Origin: an uncultured Candidatus Binatia bacterium
GTDB lineage: Bacteria > Desulfobacterota > Binatia > UBA9968 > JAJDTQ01
Assembly (NCBI GenBank): GCA_965213675.1
Contig: CBDCAF010000018.1
Span: 1 to 64,000, forward strand
Direction: 5' to 3'
Length of the DNA stretch: 64,000 bases
Below, one piece after another: positions 10,141-19,856 of this stretch. Made by a program: the position numbers and the translations under genes. Numbering within the stretch: position 1 is the stretch's first letter; every line of letters starts with the position of its first letter. The notes under the pieces were generated by a model. That model was given only the letters and a program-made list of their open reading frames with translations. It was not told where the DNA came from and did no database searches.

Positions 10141-10890
10141 CTAGGCGTCCTCCCCCAGGTACGCCTCCCGCACTACCCGGTTGGCGCGGATGGCGTTCGG
10201 AGAGCCGGTGGCTACTTCGCATCCGCTTACCAGCACGGTGACACGATCCGCCAGGGTGAACACCGCGTCCATGTCGTGCTCCACCAACAGCATGGCCACG
10301 TGTCCCTTGAGTTCGCTCAGCAGCTCCACCATGCGCCGGGCTTCGTCCGGACCCATTCCGGCCATGGGTTCGTCCAGCAGGAGCAGCGTGGGGCGGGTGG
10401 CCAGCGCCATGGCGATCTCCAGTTGCCGCTGCTCGCCGTGAGCGAGGTTGCGCGCGAGGATCCCGCCGCGTGGGTCCAGGCCCACCTGCTCCAGGGCGTG
10501 GCGGGCGGGAGCCCGCAATGACGGGTCCGACCGCGCAGGACGCCAGAAGCGGAAGGAGTGGCCGTCGTGGGCCTGCACCGCCATGGCGACATTGTCTTCG
10601 GCAGTGAATCCGCCGAATACCGACGTGATCTGGAACGACCGCGCCAGTCCCAGCCGCGCGCGCTCGTGCATGGACCTTCGGGTAATGTCGCATCCGTCGA
10701 GGCGGATGGCGCCCTGGTCCGGCGCCACCTCCCCGGAAAGCTGCTTGATGGCCGTGGTCTTGCCCGCCCCGTTGGGGCCGATGAGCGCGTGGATCTCGCC
10801 GTGGACCACGTCCAGGGACAGGGAGTCCGTGGCCTTGATGGCCCCGTAGGTTTTGGTGAGGGCGCGGGCGGAGAGCAGCGGTTCAGTCAT
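10141..10890 (-). CDS. livG: Branched-chain amino acid-type ABC ATP-binding protein (LivG-like)
   Basis: GPNGAGKT, LLDEPMAG and VEHDM motifs; ends VREAYLG. Confidence 0.85.
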   Translation of the reverse strand: MTEPLLSARALTKTYGAIKATDSLSLDVVHGEIHALIGPNGAGKTTAIKQLSGEVAPDQGAIRLDGCDITRRSMHERARLGLARSFQITSVFGGFTAEDNVAMAVQAHDGHSFRFWRPARSDPSLRAPARHALEQVGLDPRGGILARNLAHGEQRQLEIAMALATRPTLLLLDEPMAGMGPDEARRMVELLSELKGHVAMLLVEHDMDAVFTLADRVTVLVSGCEVATGSPNAIRANRVVREAYLGEDA

Positions 10891-11932
10891 GGCCGTTTTT
10901 CTCTTCCTCGAACCAGCCCCAGATGCCGCGGCGGGCGAAAAGCACCACCAGGACCAGCACCGGCCCCAAAATGATCATCCAATGTTCCATGTACGCCGAC
11001 AGCACCTCCTCCATGAGGAGCAGCGCCGCGGCGCCGATGACCGGTCCGGCCAACGTGCCCATGCCGCCGAGGATGACCATCACCATGATCTCGCCCGAGA
11101 CGGTCCAGTGCATCAGCGCGGGGTCCACGAACCCCATGTAGTTGGCCATGAGCGCGCCTGCGAGACCCGCCGCGGCGCCGGCCAGGACGAAGGCCGTGAG
11201 CTTGTAGCGGTAGACGGGGAAGCCGAGGGCATACATCCGCTCCTCGTTCTCCTTGCACCCTTGCAGCACCATGCCAAAACGGGAGCGCACCAGCCGCCGG
11301 CCCAGGAACAGGAAGGCGGCCAGGATGAGCAGGCACACGTAGTAGAACGCGGGCTCGTTTTCCAGGGCGAGGCCCGGAAGTCGGTTCCGCTGGGCGATGC
11401 TCAGTCCGTCGTCGCCGCCGTAGACCTCCAACGACACGAAAAAGTAGTAGAGCATCTGCGCGAACGCCAGCGTGATCATGATGAAGTACATTCCGCTGGT
11501 GCGCAGACTGACGGCGCCGATGAAAAGGGCCAGCAGCGCGGCGGTCGCTGTAGCCAACGGCCAGACCACCAGGGTGTTCTCGAACCACGGGAGGGTAAAT
11601 GGCCACGCCGGGCCCGCGCCGCCGGTTCCATGGAAGGACAGGATGGCGACCACGTAGGCGCCGGCGCCGAAGTAGGCGGAGTGGCCGAAGCTGACCATGC
11701 CGCCGAAACCCAGGATAAGGTCCAGGCTTGCCGCCGCCAGGGCAAAGATCAGGATGCGGGTCACCAATCCGATGAGGAAGGACTCGTCCAGCGACTCCGC
11801 CACGGGCGGCAGTACGAGCAGCGCGGCGGCGATGAGGCTGGCGAGCGCGGCTTTCGTCCAACGCCGGTAGCCGCCAGTTCCACCCGCGGCTACCGAACGG
11901 GAATGCGTGGCCGTTTCGAGTGAATCCTGCAT
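10883..11932 (-). CDS. livM: Branched-chain amino acid-type ABC permease (LivM-like)
   Basis: GMVSFGHSAYFG, YFIMITLAFAQ and ILGGMGTLAGP motifs. Confidence 0.85.
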   Translation of the reverse strand: MQDSLETATHSRSVAAGGTGGYRRWTKAALASLIAAALLVLPPVAESLDESFLIGLVTRILIFALAAASLDLILGFGGMVSFGHSAYFGAGAYVVAILSFHGTGGAGPAWPFTLPWFENTLVVWPLATATAALLALFIGAVSLRTSGMYFIMITLAFAQMLYYFFVSLEVYGGDDGLSIAQRNRLPGLALENEPAFYYVCLLILAAFLFLGRRLVRSRFGMVLQGCKENEERMYALGFPVYRYKLTAFVLAGAAAGLAGALMANYMGFVDPALMHWTVSGEIMVMVILGGMGTLAGPVIGAAALLLMEEVLSAYMEHWMIILGPVLVLVVLFARRGIWGWFEEEKNGHD

Positions 11933-12053
11933 GAGAAAGGCCGGCGCTCCCAAGCCGGGGTCCGGAAGTCTTCGCGGTGGACGCCGAACCGCGGGCATCC
12001 TTGGCTTGGCTTCCCAAGTGAAGGGAGTCCTGAAGCGATGTGCGCGCCGCGCA

Positions 12054-12983
12054 TCACCGGTAACCGCCATACACCGGCAGCAGGCCGCGGGGCCGCCATA
12101 CCAGGATGGCGGCCATGAAGATGTAGATGGACATGGAGGACAGGGACGCGCCGACGCCGTTGGCGGTGGCGGGATCGAAAACGAGCCGCAGGGAGGCCGG
12201 CAGGAAGGCCCGGCCCATGATGTCGATGAACCCCACCAGAATGGAACCGACGAGCGCGCCGCGCACGGAGCCGATGCCGCCGATGACAATCACGACGAAG
12301 GTCAGGATGAGGATGTTCTCGCCCATGCCGACCTCCACGGCCCATACCGGGCCGGCCATGGCCCCGGCGAGTCCGGCCAGGAGCGCGCCGAGCCCGAACA
12401 CCAGCGTGTACAGGAGGGGCACGTTGACGCCCAGCGCGCCAATGATCTCCTGGTTGCTGGCGCTGGCGCGGATCATCATGCCCATGCGCGTGCGCACGAT
12501 GAGCCAGTACAGCGAGAAGGCCACCAGTCCCCCCACGACGATGATGGCCAGCCGGTACAGTGGGTAGTCCACGCCGGGAATGATCTGCACCGACCCCGAG
12601 AGTGCCGCGGGAACGTCAAGAAACAGCGCGCGCGGGCCCCAGATGATCTTGGTCAACTCGTTGAAGAAGAGAATCAGTCCAAAGGTGGCGAGGACTTGGT
12701 CCAGGTGGTCGCGTCTGTAGAGTGTACGCAACGCCACCCGCTCCACCGCCATGCCCACCGCCGCCGAGGCGCACAACGTGACCGCCAGGGCCAGCAGAAA
12801 GGACCCGGTGAGTTGGTACACGGTGGCGCACACGTACGCGCCAACCATGTATAGCGAACCGTGGGCCAGGTTGATCATCCCCATGATGCCGAACACCAAG
12901 GTCAGCCCGGAGGCCATGAGGAAGAGCATGACCCCGAACTGGAGGCCGTTCAGCACCTGCTCGAGGACGAGAAGGATGGGCAT
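12054..12983 (-). CDS. livH: Branched-chain amino acid-type ABC permease (LivH-like)
   Basis: GLTLVFGIMGMINLAHG and IVIGGIGS motifs. Confidence 0.87.
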   Translation of the reverse strand: MPILLVLEQVLNGLQFGVMLFLMASGLTLVFGIMGMINLAHGSLYMVGAYVCATVYQLTGSFLLALAVTLCASAAVGMAVERVALRTLYRRDHLDQVLATFGLILFFNELTKIIWGPRALFLDVPAALSGSVQIIPGVDYPLYRLAIIVVGGLVAFSLYWLIVRTRMGMMIRASASNQEIIGALGVNVPLLYTLVFGLGALLAGLAGAMAGPVWAVEVGMGENILILTFVVIVIGGIGSVRGALVGSILVGFIDIMGRAFLPASLRLVFDPATANGVGASLSSMSIYIFMAAILVWRPRGLLPVYGGYR

Positions 12984-13136
12984 GGGTCGCGAGACTGGCT
13001 GGCCTCCCGCCGGGATTCCGGGCTTGACCCGGAAAGTTCCGATTCAAGCCCGGAACCACAGGCGGGGGCGGTGTATGGACTGCCGGTGTCCCGGCTGGCA
13101 GGTCGGAGCCGGCGACACCGGGCCGATGGCGGGCCG

Positions 13137-14309
13137 CTACATCTTGCACTGGCCGGCGTAGGCGTCCGCGTGGTCCGAGAAAGCCTTGCCGACGGTCTTG
13201 TTGGTCAGCACTCCCCCTTCGCGCACCACCTCGCGGACGTGGATGTCCTGCACCGGATGGTGATTGGGCCCGAACCGGAAATTTCCGCGCACCGACTGAA
13301 AGTCGGCCGTGCGCAGGGCCGCGCGAAAGGCGTCCTTGTCGTCGACCTTGCCGCCGGTGCTCTCGAGCGCCGCGCCGATCAGTTGCGCCGCGTCATAGCC
13401 CTGGCTGGCGTACAGCGACGGGAGCCGGTTGTGGGCCTTTTGGAAACCGGCCACGAAGGCCCTGTTGGCGGCGTTGTCGATATCCTTGTTCCACTGGGAC
13501 GAGTTGATCACGCCCAGCGCGGCGTCGCCCACCGCCCCGAGGATGGTCTGATCGAAGGAGAACGCCGGACCGAACAGCGGAGTCTTCCCGGTCAGCCCCG
13601 CCTGATGGTATTGCTTGATGAAGCTGATGCCCATGCCGCCGGGCAGGAAGAAGAACACCGCGTCCGGGTTGGCCGCACGCAACGCCGCAATCTCCGCGGC
13701 GTAGTCCGTCTGACCCAGCTTGGTGTAGACCTCGCCGGCCAGCTTGCCCTTGTAGAAGCGCTTGAAGCCGCGCAGGGCGTCCTTGCCCGCGGGGTAGTTG
13801 GGCGCCAGGATGTAGGCGTTCTTGAAGCCTTTCCGTGCCACGTATTGGCCCATGGCCTCGTGCAGGTTATCGTTCTGCCATGCCACGTTGAAGTAGTTGG
13901 GATGGCATTTCTCGCCCGCCAGAAGCGACGGCCCGGCGTTGGGGCTGATGTAGAAGATTCCGGCCTCCACCACCTTGGGCACCACCGCGATGGCGAGGTT
14001 GGACCAGATGATACCGGTCATGACGTCGACCTTGTCGCGCTTCATGAAGCGGTTGGCCACCTGCAGCGCCTTGCCCGACTTGCGCGCGTCGTCCTCCACC
14101 AGCAGCTCCACCGCCGTGCCGCCGAGCTTGCCGCCTCCTTGGTCCACGGCCAGCTTGAAACCGTCGCGTACGTCCACGCCGAGGGCGCTTCCGCCGCCGG
14201 ACAGCGTGGTGATCATGCCGATCTTTACCTGGGCCGCCAGCGTGGCCGGTATGCCGATCAAGAGCGCCGCAGTGAGCGACGTTACGATCATTCTGATTGT
14301 CTTGCGCAT
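13137..14309 (-). CDS. ABC substrate-binding protein, Liv/aromatic-compound-binding family
   Basis: Signal peptide; VKIGMITTLSG, EDD and APNYPAGKD motifs; heads the liv-like operon. Confidence 0.85.
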   Translation of the reverse strand: MRKTIRMIVTSLTAALLIGIPATLAAQVKIGMITTLSGGGSALGVDVRDGFKLAVDQGGGKLGGTAVELLVEDDARKSGKALQVANRFMKRDKVDVMTGIIWSNLAIAVVPKVVEAGIFYISPNAGPSLLAGEKCHPNYFNVAWQNDNLHEAMGQYVARKGFKNAYILAPNYPAGKDALRGFKRFYKGKLAGEVYTKLGQTDYAAEIAALRAANPDAVFFFLPGGMGISFIKQYHQAGLTGKTPLFGPAFSFDQTILGAVGDAALGVINSSQWNKDIDNAANRAFVAGFQKAHNRLPSLYASQGYDAAQLIGAALESTGGKVDDKDAFRAALRTADFQSVRGNFRFGPNHHPVQDIHVREVVREGGVLTNKTVGKAFSDHADAYAGQCKM

Positions 14310-14424
14310 TCGAATGCCCCCTTTTCAGAGTTCCGCGAACATAGCGGGAACATGTGTGTATCGTCAAATTCGTTTCAATCCGGCGCTGAGCCAAGCGCCA
14401 AGGCTTCGAGACCGCGCGGGCGGC

Positions 14425-15681
14425 TCACGGCCCGAGTGCGCCGATGGGGATCACCCCTACATCGTGGCCGTCGTAACCCGCGTACCCGTATCCGTTCGGT
14501 ACGATGACCGCGAGCGCCGACGGCCTGTCATGGTCGCTGTGCTCCATGCGCTGGGCGAGTTTGCGGAGGTTCCTGGCGCCGTCTTCGACCCATCGTTCGC
14601 CCAGCTTGACCTCGAACGCCGCCCACCGTCCGTCCGCCGTCTCCACCACCGCGTCCACCTCCAGACCTTCCTTCTCCCGGTAGTGGGACACCCGTGCGTC
14701 CACCGCCTGCGCGTATACGCGGAGGTCGCGGATGACCATGGACTCGAAAAGGAGACCGAGAAACTCAAGGTCGGCCATCAGACGCGCTGGCGTGGCCCGC
14801 AAGGCCGCGACGGCCAGAGACGGATCCACAAAGTGTCTGATCGGCGTGCCCCGGAGCGTCGTGCGCGAGCGAAGGCGCGGTGACCACGCCGGTTGGTTCT
14901 CCAGGATCATGAGCCGGTGGAGGGCGTCGAGATACTCGGCGACCGTGTCGGCGCGCAGGGGCCGGCCGTCGTCGCCCACGTCCGCGGCCAGCCTCGACAT
15001 GGCCACGGGCGTGGCGACGTTGCGCGCGAGCGAACGCAGAAGACGGCCGACCTTGTCGGGGTCGCGGGCCTTGCCGGTGACTCGCGATATGTCGGTGCGC
15101 CGGACTTCGTCGAGGTAGCCGCGGTTTGCGCGCATCGTCTGCGGCAGCGTCTTGCCGATGTTGCCCGGCCAGCCCCCGGCGCACAGCAACTCGGCGACGC
15201 CTCGGACCGGCAAACCGGTTTGGGGCGCTCGTTGCGGATTGCCGCCCAGGAGCGCTTCAAGCGAGATGTTCCCGGTGGAACGTCCCATCTCGTACAACGA
15301 CAGCGGGCGCATGCGCAGCCGGGTGAAGCGGCCGGCGCCGCTGTGGCGGGTGATGTCGTCGGTGGGAACGGCGGAGCCCGTGAGGATGAACTGGCCGGGT
15401 GCGGCGCGCCGGTCCACTTCCCTGCGGACATGGTTCCAGATGGCGGGTTCCAGTTGCCATTCATCGATCAGTCGCGGCGCCGCGCCATCCAGGAGGGCCG
15501 TGGGATCGGCGCCGGCCATGCGCCGCGCGTTGATGTCGATGTCCAGCAATACCTGGCTCTGCGACGCCTGCATGGCGGTGGCGGTCTTGCCTGAAGCCTT
15601 GGGACCCTCCACCAGGACGGCCCCGGTGGCGTTCAACAGTTCCGCCAGTTCGGCGTCAACGATACGCGGGATGTAGGCCAT
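14425..15681 (-). CDS. AAA_14 ATPase with DUF4143 domain
   Basis: YIPRIVD, EGPKASGKT, LIDEWQ, FILTGS, GGWP, GLLFES and EVDAVV...AFEVK (PD-(D/E)xK-like) motifs. Confidence 0.85.
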   Translation of the reverse strand: MAYIPRIVDAELAELLNATGAVLVEGPKASGKTATAMQASQSQVLLDIDINARRMAGADPTALLDGAAPRLIDEWQLEPAIWNHVRREVDRRAAPGQFILTGSAVPTDDITRHSGAGRFTRLRMRPLSLYEMGRSTGNISLEALLGGNPQRAPQTGLPVRGVAELLCAGGWPGNIGKTLPQTMRANRGYLDEVRRTDISRVTGKARDPDKVGRLLRSLARNVATPVAMSRLAADVGDDGRPLRADTVAEYLDALHRLMILENQPAWSPRLRSRTTLRGTPIRHFVDPSLAVAALRATPARLMADLEFLGLLFESMVIRDLRVYAQAVDARVSHYREKEGLEVDAVVETADGRWAAFEVKLGERWVEDGARNLRKLAQRMEHSDHDRPSALAVIVPNGYGYAGYDGHDVGVIPIGALGP

Positions 15682-15746
15682 GGTTCGAGCCCGGCCAGTG
15701 GACGGTTCACGGGAACACCTTGCCCGTGTCTGTCGCGAGTCGCGTG

Positions 15747-15853
15747 ACCGGTGATTCAGCGGAAGTATAACCGGGGATTTGGCGTATTATCAACCGGTGG
15801 TTTGGCGGAATTACAACCGGGGATTTAGCGTATTATAAACCGATGATTCGGCG
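15747..15853. repeat. 23-bp tandem repeat, ~4.6 units, alternating A/B
   Basis: ACCGGTGATTCAGCGGAAGTATA / ACCGGGGATTTGGCGTATTATCA / ACCGGTGGTTTGGCGGAATTACA / ACCGGGGATTTAGCGTATTATAA / ACCGATGATTCGGCG. Confidence 0.8.
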
Positions 15854-15943
15854 CACATCCTGCGAGGGATTGGGCGGAAGTCCGGCAGATCCGGGAGCCG
15901 CTCCGTCGCGTACGTTTCGATGAAAGAGCGGCCCCCGGACGTT

Positions 15944-16972
15944 TCAGTTCGCCTCCTGGTACAAGTCCAGGGCCTTCACCACCGGGGAGTCGCTCATGGA
16001 CAGCAGGATGGCGTCGCTGTCGGCGGATGTGTTGGCGTGGGCGTGCTGGTTCCATAGCGGCACGACGAAAGAATCGCCTTGGCGCCATTCGAAGACCTGG
16101 CCGCCAATGATGGTCGTGCCCTGGCCGCGGTAGGCGTGGTAGATCACGGTGCTCGTATGGCGGTGGGGCAGGGTTTCGTGACCGGGTTCCAGGAGTTGAA
16201 CGGCGCACTGGACCGTGGGCATGGTGGGGCCGCCGGTGACGGGGTTCAGGAACTCCAGCAGGTAGCCGTCGTAGGGGTCCCGGCCGGCCTTGTTGTGCCG
16301 GAGCCGTTCGAGGCTGCGGGCGGTGTCGGCCCACTTGTAATGGAAGAACTGCCGCGGCGGCTTCATGGCGGGGCGCGCGTGGCCGTAGAAACCCGCGGTT
16401 TCCTCGCTGGTGGCCTCGGCGCTCTGTTGTTCCTGATGGTAGGGCTCGAAATAGAGTTGGTGCAGCGCCTGCGTGAGCGGAATGTCGAGTCCATCGAGCC
16501 AGATGATGGGCGCGCCGGAGTCGTTGACGTGGTCATGCCACGTGAGTTGGGGCGTCAGGATCAGGTCGCCTTCTTCCATCACGCACTTCTGGCCGTTGAC
16601 CGTGGTGTAGGCGTCCCGGCCTTGCAGCACGAAGCGGAAGGCTGCGGCGGTGTGACGGTGCGTGCGTGCGTACTCGCCGTGTTTCACGTACTGGAACGAA
16701 AAGTGAATGGTGTGGGTGGTGCCATGGCCGCCGGGGATGCCCGGGTTGAGGAGCCTGATGGTGCGGCGCTCCGCGTCGTCCAGGTTCACCACGTCCCCGG
16801 CCCGAATCATGCTTTCGTGCACGTCCTCCCAGCGCCAAAGGTATGGCTGCACCTGAGTGACGGGGTAGGGCGGCAGGTCCTCCAATCCCAGGCTCCAATG
16901 GCCTTCGAGACTCTTCCCGGCCATGTCCCGGTTGAGCTGGTCGATGGAATCGGTGATCCGTTCCTGTTTCAT
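15944..16972 (-). CDS. Bicupin ring-cleaving dioxygenase (gentisate 1,2-dioxygenase family)
   Basis: AERRTIRLLNPG, HRHTAAAFRF, LILTPQLTWHDH, WLDGLDIP and NPVTGG motifs. Confidence 0.85.
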   Translation of the reverse strand: MKQERITDSIDQLNRDMAGKSLEGHWSLGLEDLPPYPVTQVQPYLWRWEDVHESMIRAGDVVNLDDAERRTIRLLNPGIPGGHGTTHTIHFSFQYVKHGEYARTHRHTAAAFRFVLQGRDAYTTVNGQKCVMEEGDLILTPQLTWHDHVNDSGAPIIWLDGLDIPLTQALHQLYFEPYHQEQQSAEATSEETAGFYGHARPAMKPPRQFFHYKWADTARSLERLRHNKAGRDPYDGYLLEFLNPVTGGPTMPTVQCAVQLLEPGHETLPHRHTSTVIYHAYRGQGTTIIGGQVFEWRQGDSFVVPLWNQHAHANTSADSDAILLSMSDSPVVKALDLYQEAN

Positions 16973-17221
16973 GTCGTCTCCTCGAGGTCGGACTGGGCAC
17001 GGCGTCAGAATACACCAGCGGCGGCACAAGGGAAACGCTCGCCGTCTTTCCGGGAGTCTCTCGATCTCCCCCGGGCACTGGACGACATCGGCGCATTGTT
17101 GCATTCGACGGCACGGCCGGTTATGTCCATTTCCAGGAGCCTGTCGGATCCGATCCAGGGTAGCGGCGACCGGCCGGTCGCCGCTACGGGAGATCGTTCA
17201 GTCACAATCATTCGGTCACAG

Positions 17222-17268
17222 TCGTTCCTGTCCCAGTAATTGCGGCGTAATTACTGGGACAGGAACGA
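17222..17268. repeat. Hairpin with perfect 20-bp arms
   Basis: TCGTTCCTGTCCCAGTAATT-N7-AATTACTGGGACAGGAACGA in a divergent intergenic region. Confidence 0.7.
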
Positions 17269-17354
17269 ACCCCATCCGGCCCTCGACGCGGACGCTCGGT
17301 CAGCGTGGGATCACCCTGTCGTTGACGCGGGCATCGTTGACACAGGACAACATC

Positions 17355-18332
17355 ATGCTGGTGATTTCGAAGAAGCAGGTAGAGGAGTTGCTCGACCTTG
17401 ACGAGTTGATCGGCGCGCTGGAACAGGCGCACGTTCAGTTCTCGGCGGGCCGGGTGGTGATGCCCGTGCGCTTGGTGGTGCCGTTGCCCGAGATTCAGGG
17501 ACGCATCACGAGCATGCCGGCGTTCATGAGCGAGGCGAGGGCGCTGGGGATCAAGATCATCTCCTACTTCCGCGACAACCCGAAACAGGGACTGCCGCCG
17601 ATCCTGGCCAGCATCTCGCTTTACAGCGCCGAGACCGGCAACATCGAAGTGTTGATGGATGGCGTTTACATCACCGCCATTCGTACGGCCTGCGCTTCCG
17701 CCATGGCCACGAAGGCGCTGGCGCGCGTGGACACGCCGGTGCTGGGGATCCTCGGCGCCGGCACCCAGGCGCGCACCCACATCCGGGCGCTGAGCCGGGT
17801 GCGTTCCATCGAACGGGTCCTCATCTGGAGCCCGTCCCGCGTCAATGCCATCTACGTGAAGGAAGAATTGCAGGACGAGTTGGGCCTCCCCATCGAGCCG
17901 CAGGAATCCGCCGAGGCGGTGGTGCGCGGCGCGGACATCCTCACCGCGGTGACCGACTCGGCCGAGCCCATCCTGAACGCCGGCTGGCTCAAGCCCGGCG
18001 CCCACATCAACGCCGTCGGTTCGCACCGGCCCGGGGCCCGGGAGATGGGCGGCGACACGGTTCAAATGTCCACGGTGTTCGTGGACTCCGTGGACGCCAT
18101 CAATACCGAGTGCGGCGACATCCTGCTGGCGATCAAGGAAGGCGCCATCGCGCCGAATCACGTGCGCGGCGAGATCGGCGAGGTGCTCGCCGGCGCCAAG
18201 CCCGGCCGCACGAGTGACGATGAGATCACGATGTACAAATCGGTGGGCATCGCGGCCCAGGACGTGGCCGCGGCGAGCCTGGTCCACCGGCGCGCTGTCG
18301 AGCGGGGCGTGGGCACCGAGGTGGAGATGTAG
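17355..18332 (+). CDS. Ornithine cyclodeaminase/mu-crystallin family protein
   Basis: SMPA, ITAIRTA, GAGTQA, GAHINAVGS and YKSVGIAAQD motifs. Confidence 0.9.
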   Translation: MLVISKKQVEELLDLDELIGALEQAHVQFSAGRVVMPVRLVVPLPEIQGRITSMPAFMSEARALGIKIISYFRDNPKQGLPPILASISLYSAETGNIEVLMDGVYITAIRTACASAMATKALARVDTPVLGILGAGTQARTHIRALSRVRSIERVLIWSPSRVNAIYVKEELQDELGLPIEPQESAEAVVRGADILTAVTDSAEPILNAGWLKPGAHINAVGSHRPGAREMGGDTVQMSTVFVDSVDAINTECGDILLAIKEGAIAPNHVRGEIGEVLAGAKPGRTSDDEITMYKSVGIAAQDVAAASLVHRRAVERGVGTEVEM

Positions 18333-18362
18333 GGAGCTGCGATCGATTGCGCTTTTGGACAC

Positions 18363-18454
18363 GGCGTCCTTCAACTTCGCTCCGCTATGCGCAGGACGAA
18401 CGGGAAGGAATCCCGCAACCGTTCGTCCTGAGCGAAGCGAAGTCGAAGGATGCC
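18363..18454. repeat. Inverted pair of REP-like units (CCGTTCGTCCTGAGC...GTCGAAGGA type)
   Basis: Left arm 18363-18403 is an imperfect reverse complement of right arm 18419-18454. Confidence 0.6.
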
Positions 18455-18469
18455 CGTTCCGGAACACAC

Positions 18470-19660
18470 ATGATGGACCCCAACGAAGCCAGACAACGCA
18501 TCGAGGAAGGGCTCGACCTGGACGAGGTCCGGCGCCTGCTGGTCACGCTGCTACAGACTCCAAGCCCGCAAACCGAGTTGCTGGAGCGGGAGCCGCAGGT
18601 GCTCGCGTTGATCCGGGACGTGGTGCGCCCGGAACTCGCAGCGGAAGGGGTCGACACCACCATCGACGACATGGGCAACCTCATCGCCCGCTTGCCCGGC
18701 GCAGGCTCGGCCTCCGGGCTGGTGCTCGTCTCCTACGCCATGAACGCCGCTCCCAGCACCATGCCGAATCCGTATTCCGGGGAAATGGTAGACGGCGCGC
18801 CCTACGGCCTCGAAGGGCCGTGCGGCTGGGGTCGGGGCGCGTGCGAGCAGAAGGGCAGTTTGGCGGCCATGCTGAGCGCGGTGAAGCTCATCGCCCGCAG
18901 CGGCTGGGAGTTGCCCGGCGATCTCTACTTCGTCACCAGCACCGCGGGGGAAAGCGGCAAGCACGAGTCCCTCGATTACGTGCTGTCCAGCGGCGCCATC
19001 GATGCGCGCTGGGGCCTCATCGACGGACCGCCGGAGATCCAGTTGGGCAACAAGGGGCGCATTGACGTGCGCATCGTGGTGCGCGGCCGGCAAGCTCACA
19101 GCAGCCGCCCGTGGGACGGCATCAACGCCGTGGACGGCGCCGTCAAGGTGCTTGAGAAGCTCGCGCCGTTGATGCCCCATCCCGAGGACAAGAGCCACCC
19201 GGAATTGGGCCGGGTGTCGCTCACCCCCACGGATATCGAGAGCTTCCCGAAATCGACGCATACCATTCCCGGCGAGTGCCGCATTCGCATGGACCGGCGG
19301 CTGCTGCCCGGCGACGACGCCGACCGCGCCGTACAGCAAGTCGCGGATGCCATCGGCGACATCGAGCCCTACGAGATCTCGCTGGAAAAGGAAGAATTCA
19401 TGTACCCGTGCGAGGTGAGCAAGGATGCCGGCGTGGTGGTGGCCTTGGCCGGCGCCATCCGGACCATGTTGGGACGGGAGCCGGAATACAGCTTTTCCAC
19501 CGCGGCGAACGACACCGGCCTGCTCAATGTCCGCGGCATCGAGACCGTGAATTATGGCTCCCGCGCCGTCCGCTTCCAGCACACGGACAACGACCTGGTT
19601 CCGCTCAAGAGCGTCATCGAGGCCGCCAAGGTATTCCTGTTCATGGCGCTGCAGCGTTGA
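18470..19660 (+). CDS. M20/ArgE-DapE family amidohydrolase with atypical metal ligands
   Basis: GRGACEQKG, GNKG, GRQAHSSRPWDGINA, DRRLLPG and HTDND motifs. Confidence 0.8.
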   Translation: MMDPNEARQRIEEGLDLDEVRRLLVTLLQTPSPQTELLEREPQVLALIRDVVRPELAAEGVDTTIDDMGNLIARLPGAGSASGLVLVSYAMNAAPSTMPNPYSGEMVDGAPYGLEGPCGWGRGACEQKGSLAAMLSAVKLIARSGWELPGDLYFVTSTAGESGKHESLDYVLSSGAIDARWGLIDGPPEIQLGNKGRIDVRIVVRGRQAHSSRPWDGINAVDGAVKVLEKLAPLMPHPEDKSHPELGRVSLTPTDIESFPKSTHTIPGECRIRMDRRLLPGDDADRAVQQVADAIGDIEPYEISLEKEEFMYPCEVSKDAGVVVALAGAIRTMLGREPEYSFSTAANDTGLLNVRGIETVNYGSRAVRFQHTDNDLVPLKSVIEAAKVFLFMALQR

Positions 19661-19740
19661 CGTCAATGCTCGGAACCGTCATTCCCGCGAGACAGGCTGT
19701 GTCGAAACACCATCCGAGAGAAGCAACGGCCCCCCGAATC

Positions 19741-19768
19741 GTCATTCCCGCGAAGGCGGGAAACCAAG
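19741..19768. repeat. REP-like GTCATTCCCGCGAAGGCGGGAA family (also ~19678, ~26810-26900, ~41780-41830)
   Basis: Recurrent intergenic palindrome. Confidence 0.6.
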
Positions 19769-19856
19769 TGCGGCGGGGAATGGCGCAAGGGCAGTGCCGG
19801 GCGGAATGCATGCAAGGTATTGAAACGGTTTCAGGCAATCTCCAGGAGGCGCCATC

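Noticed and set aside
15747-15853. Possible mini-CRISPR array
   Set aside because: Units are contiguous with no unique spacers, and there are no cas genes
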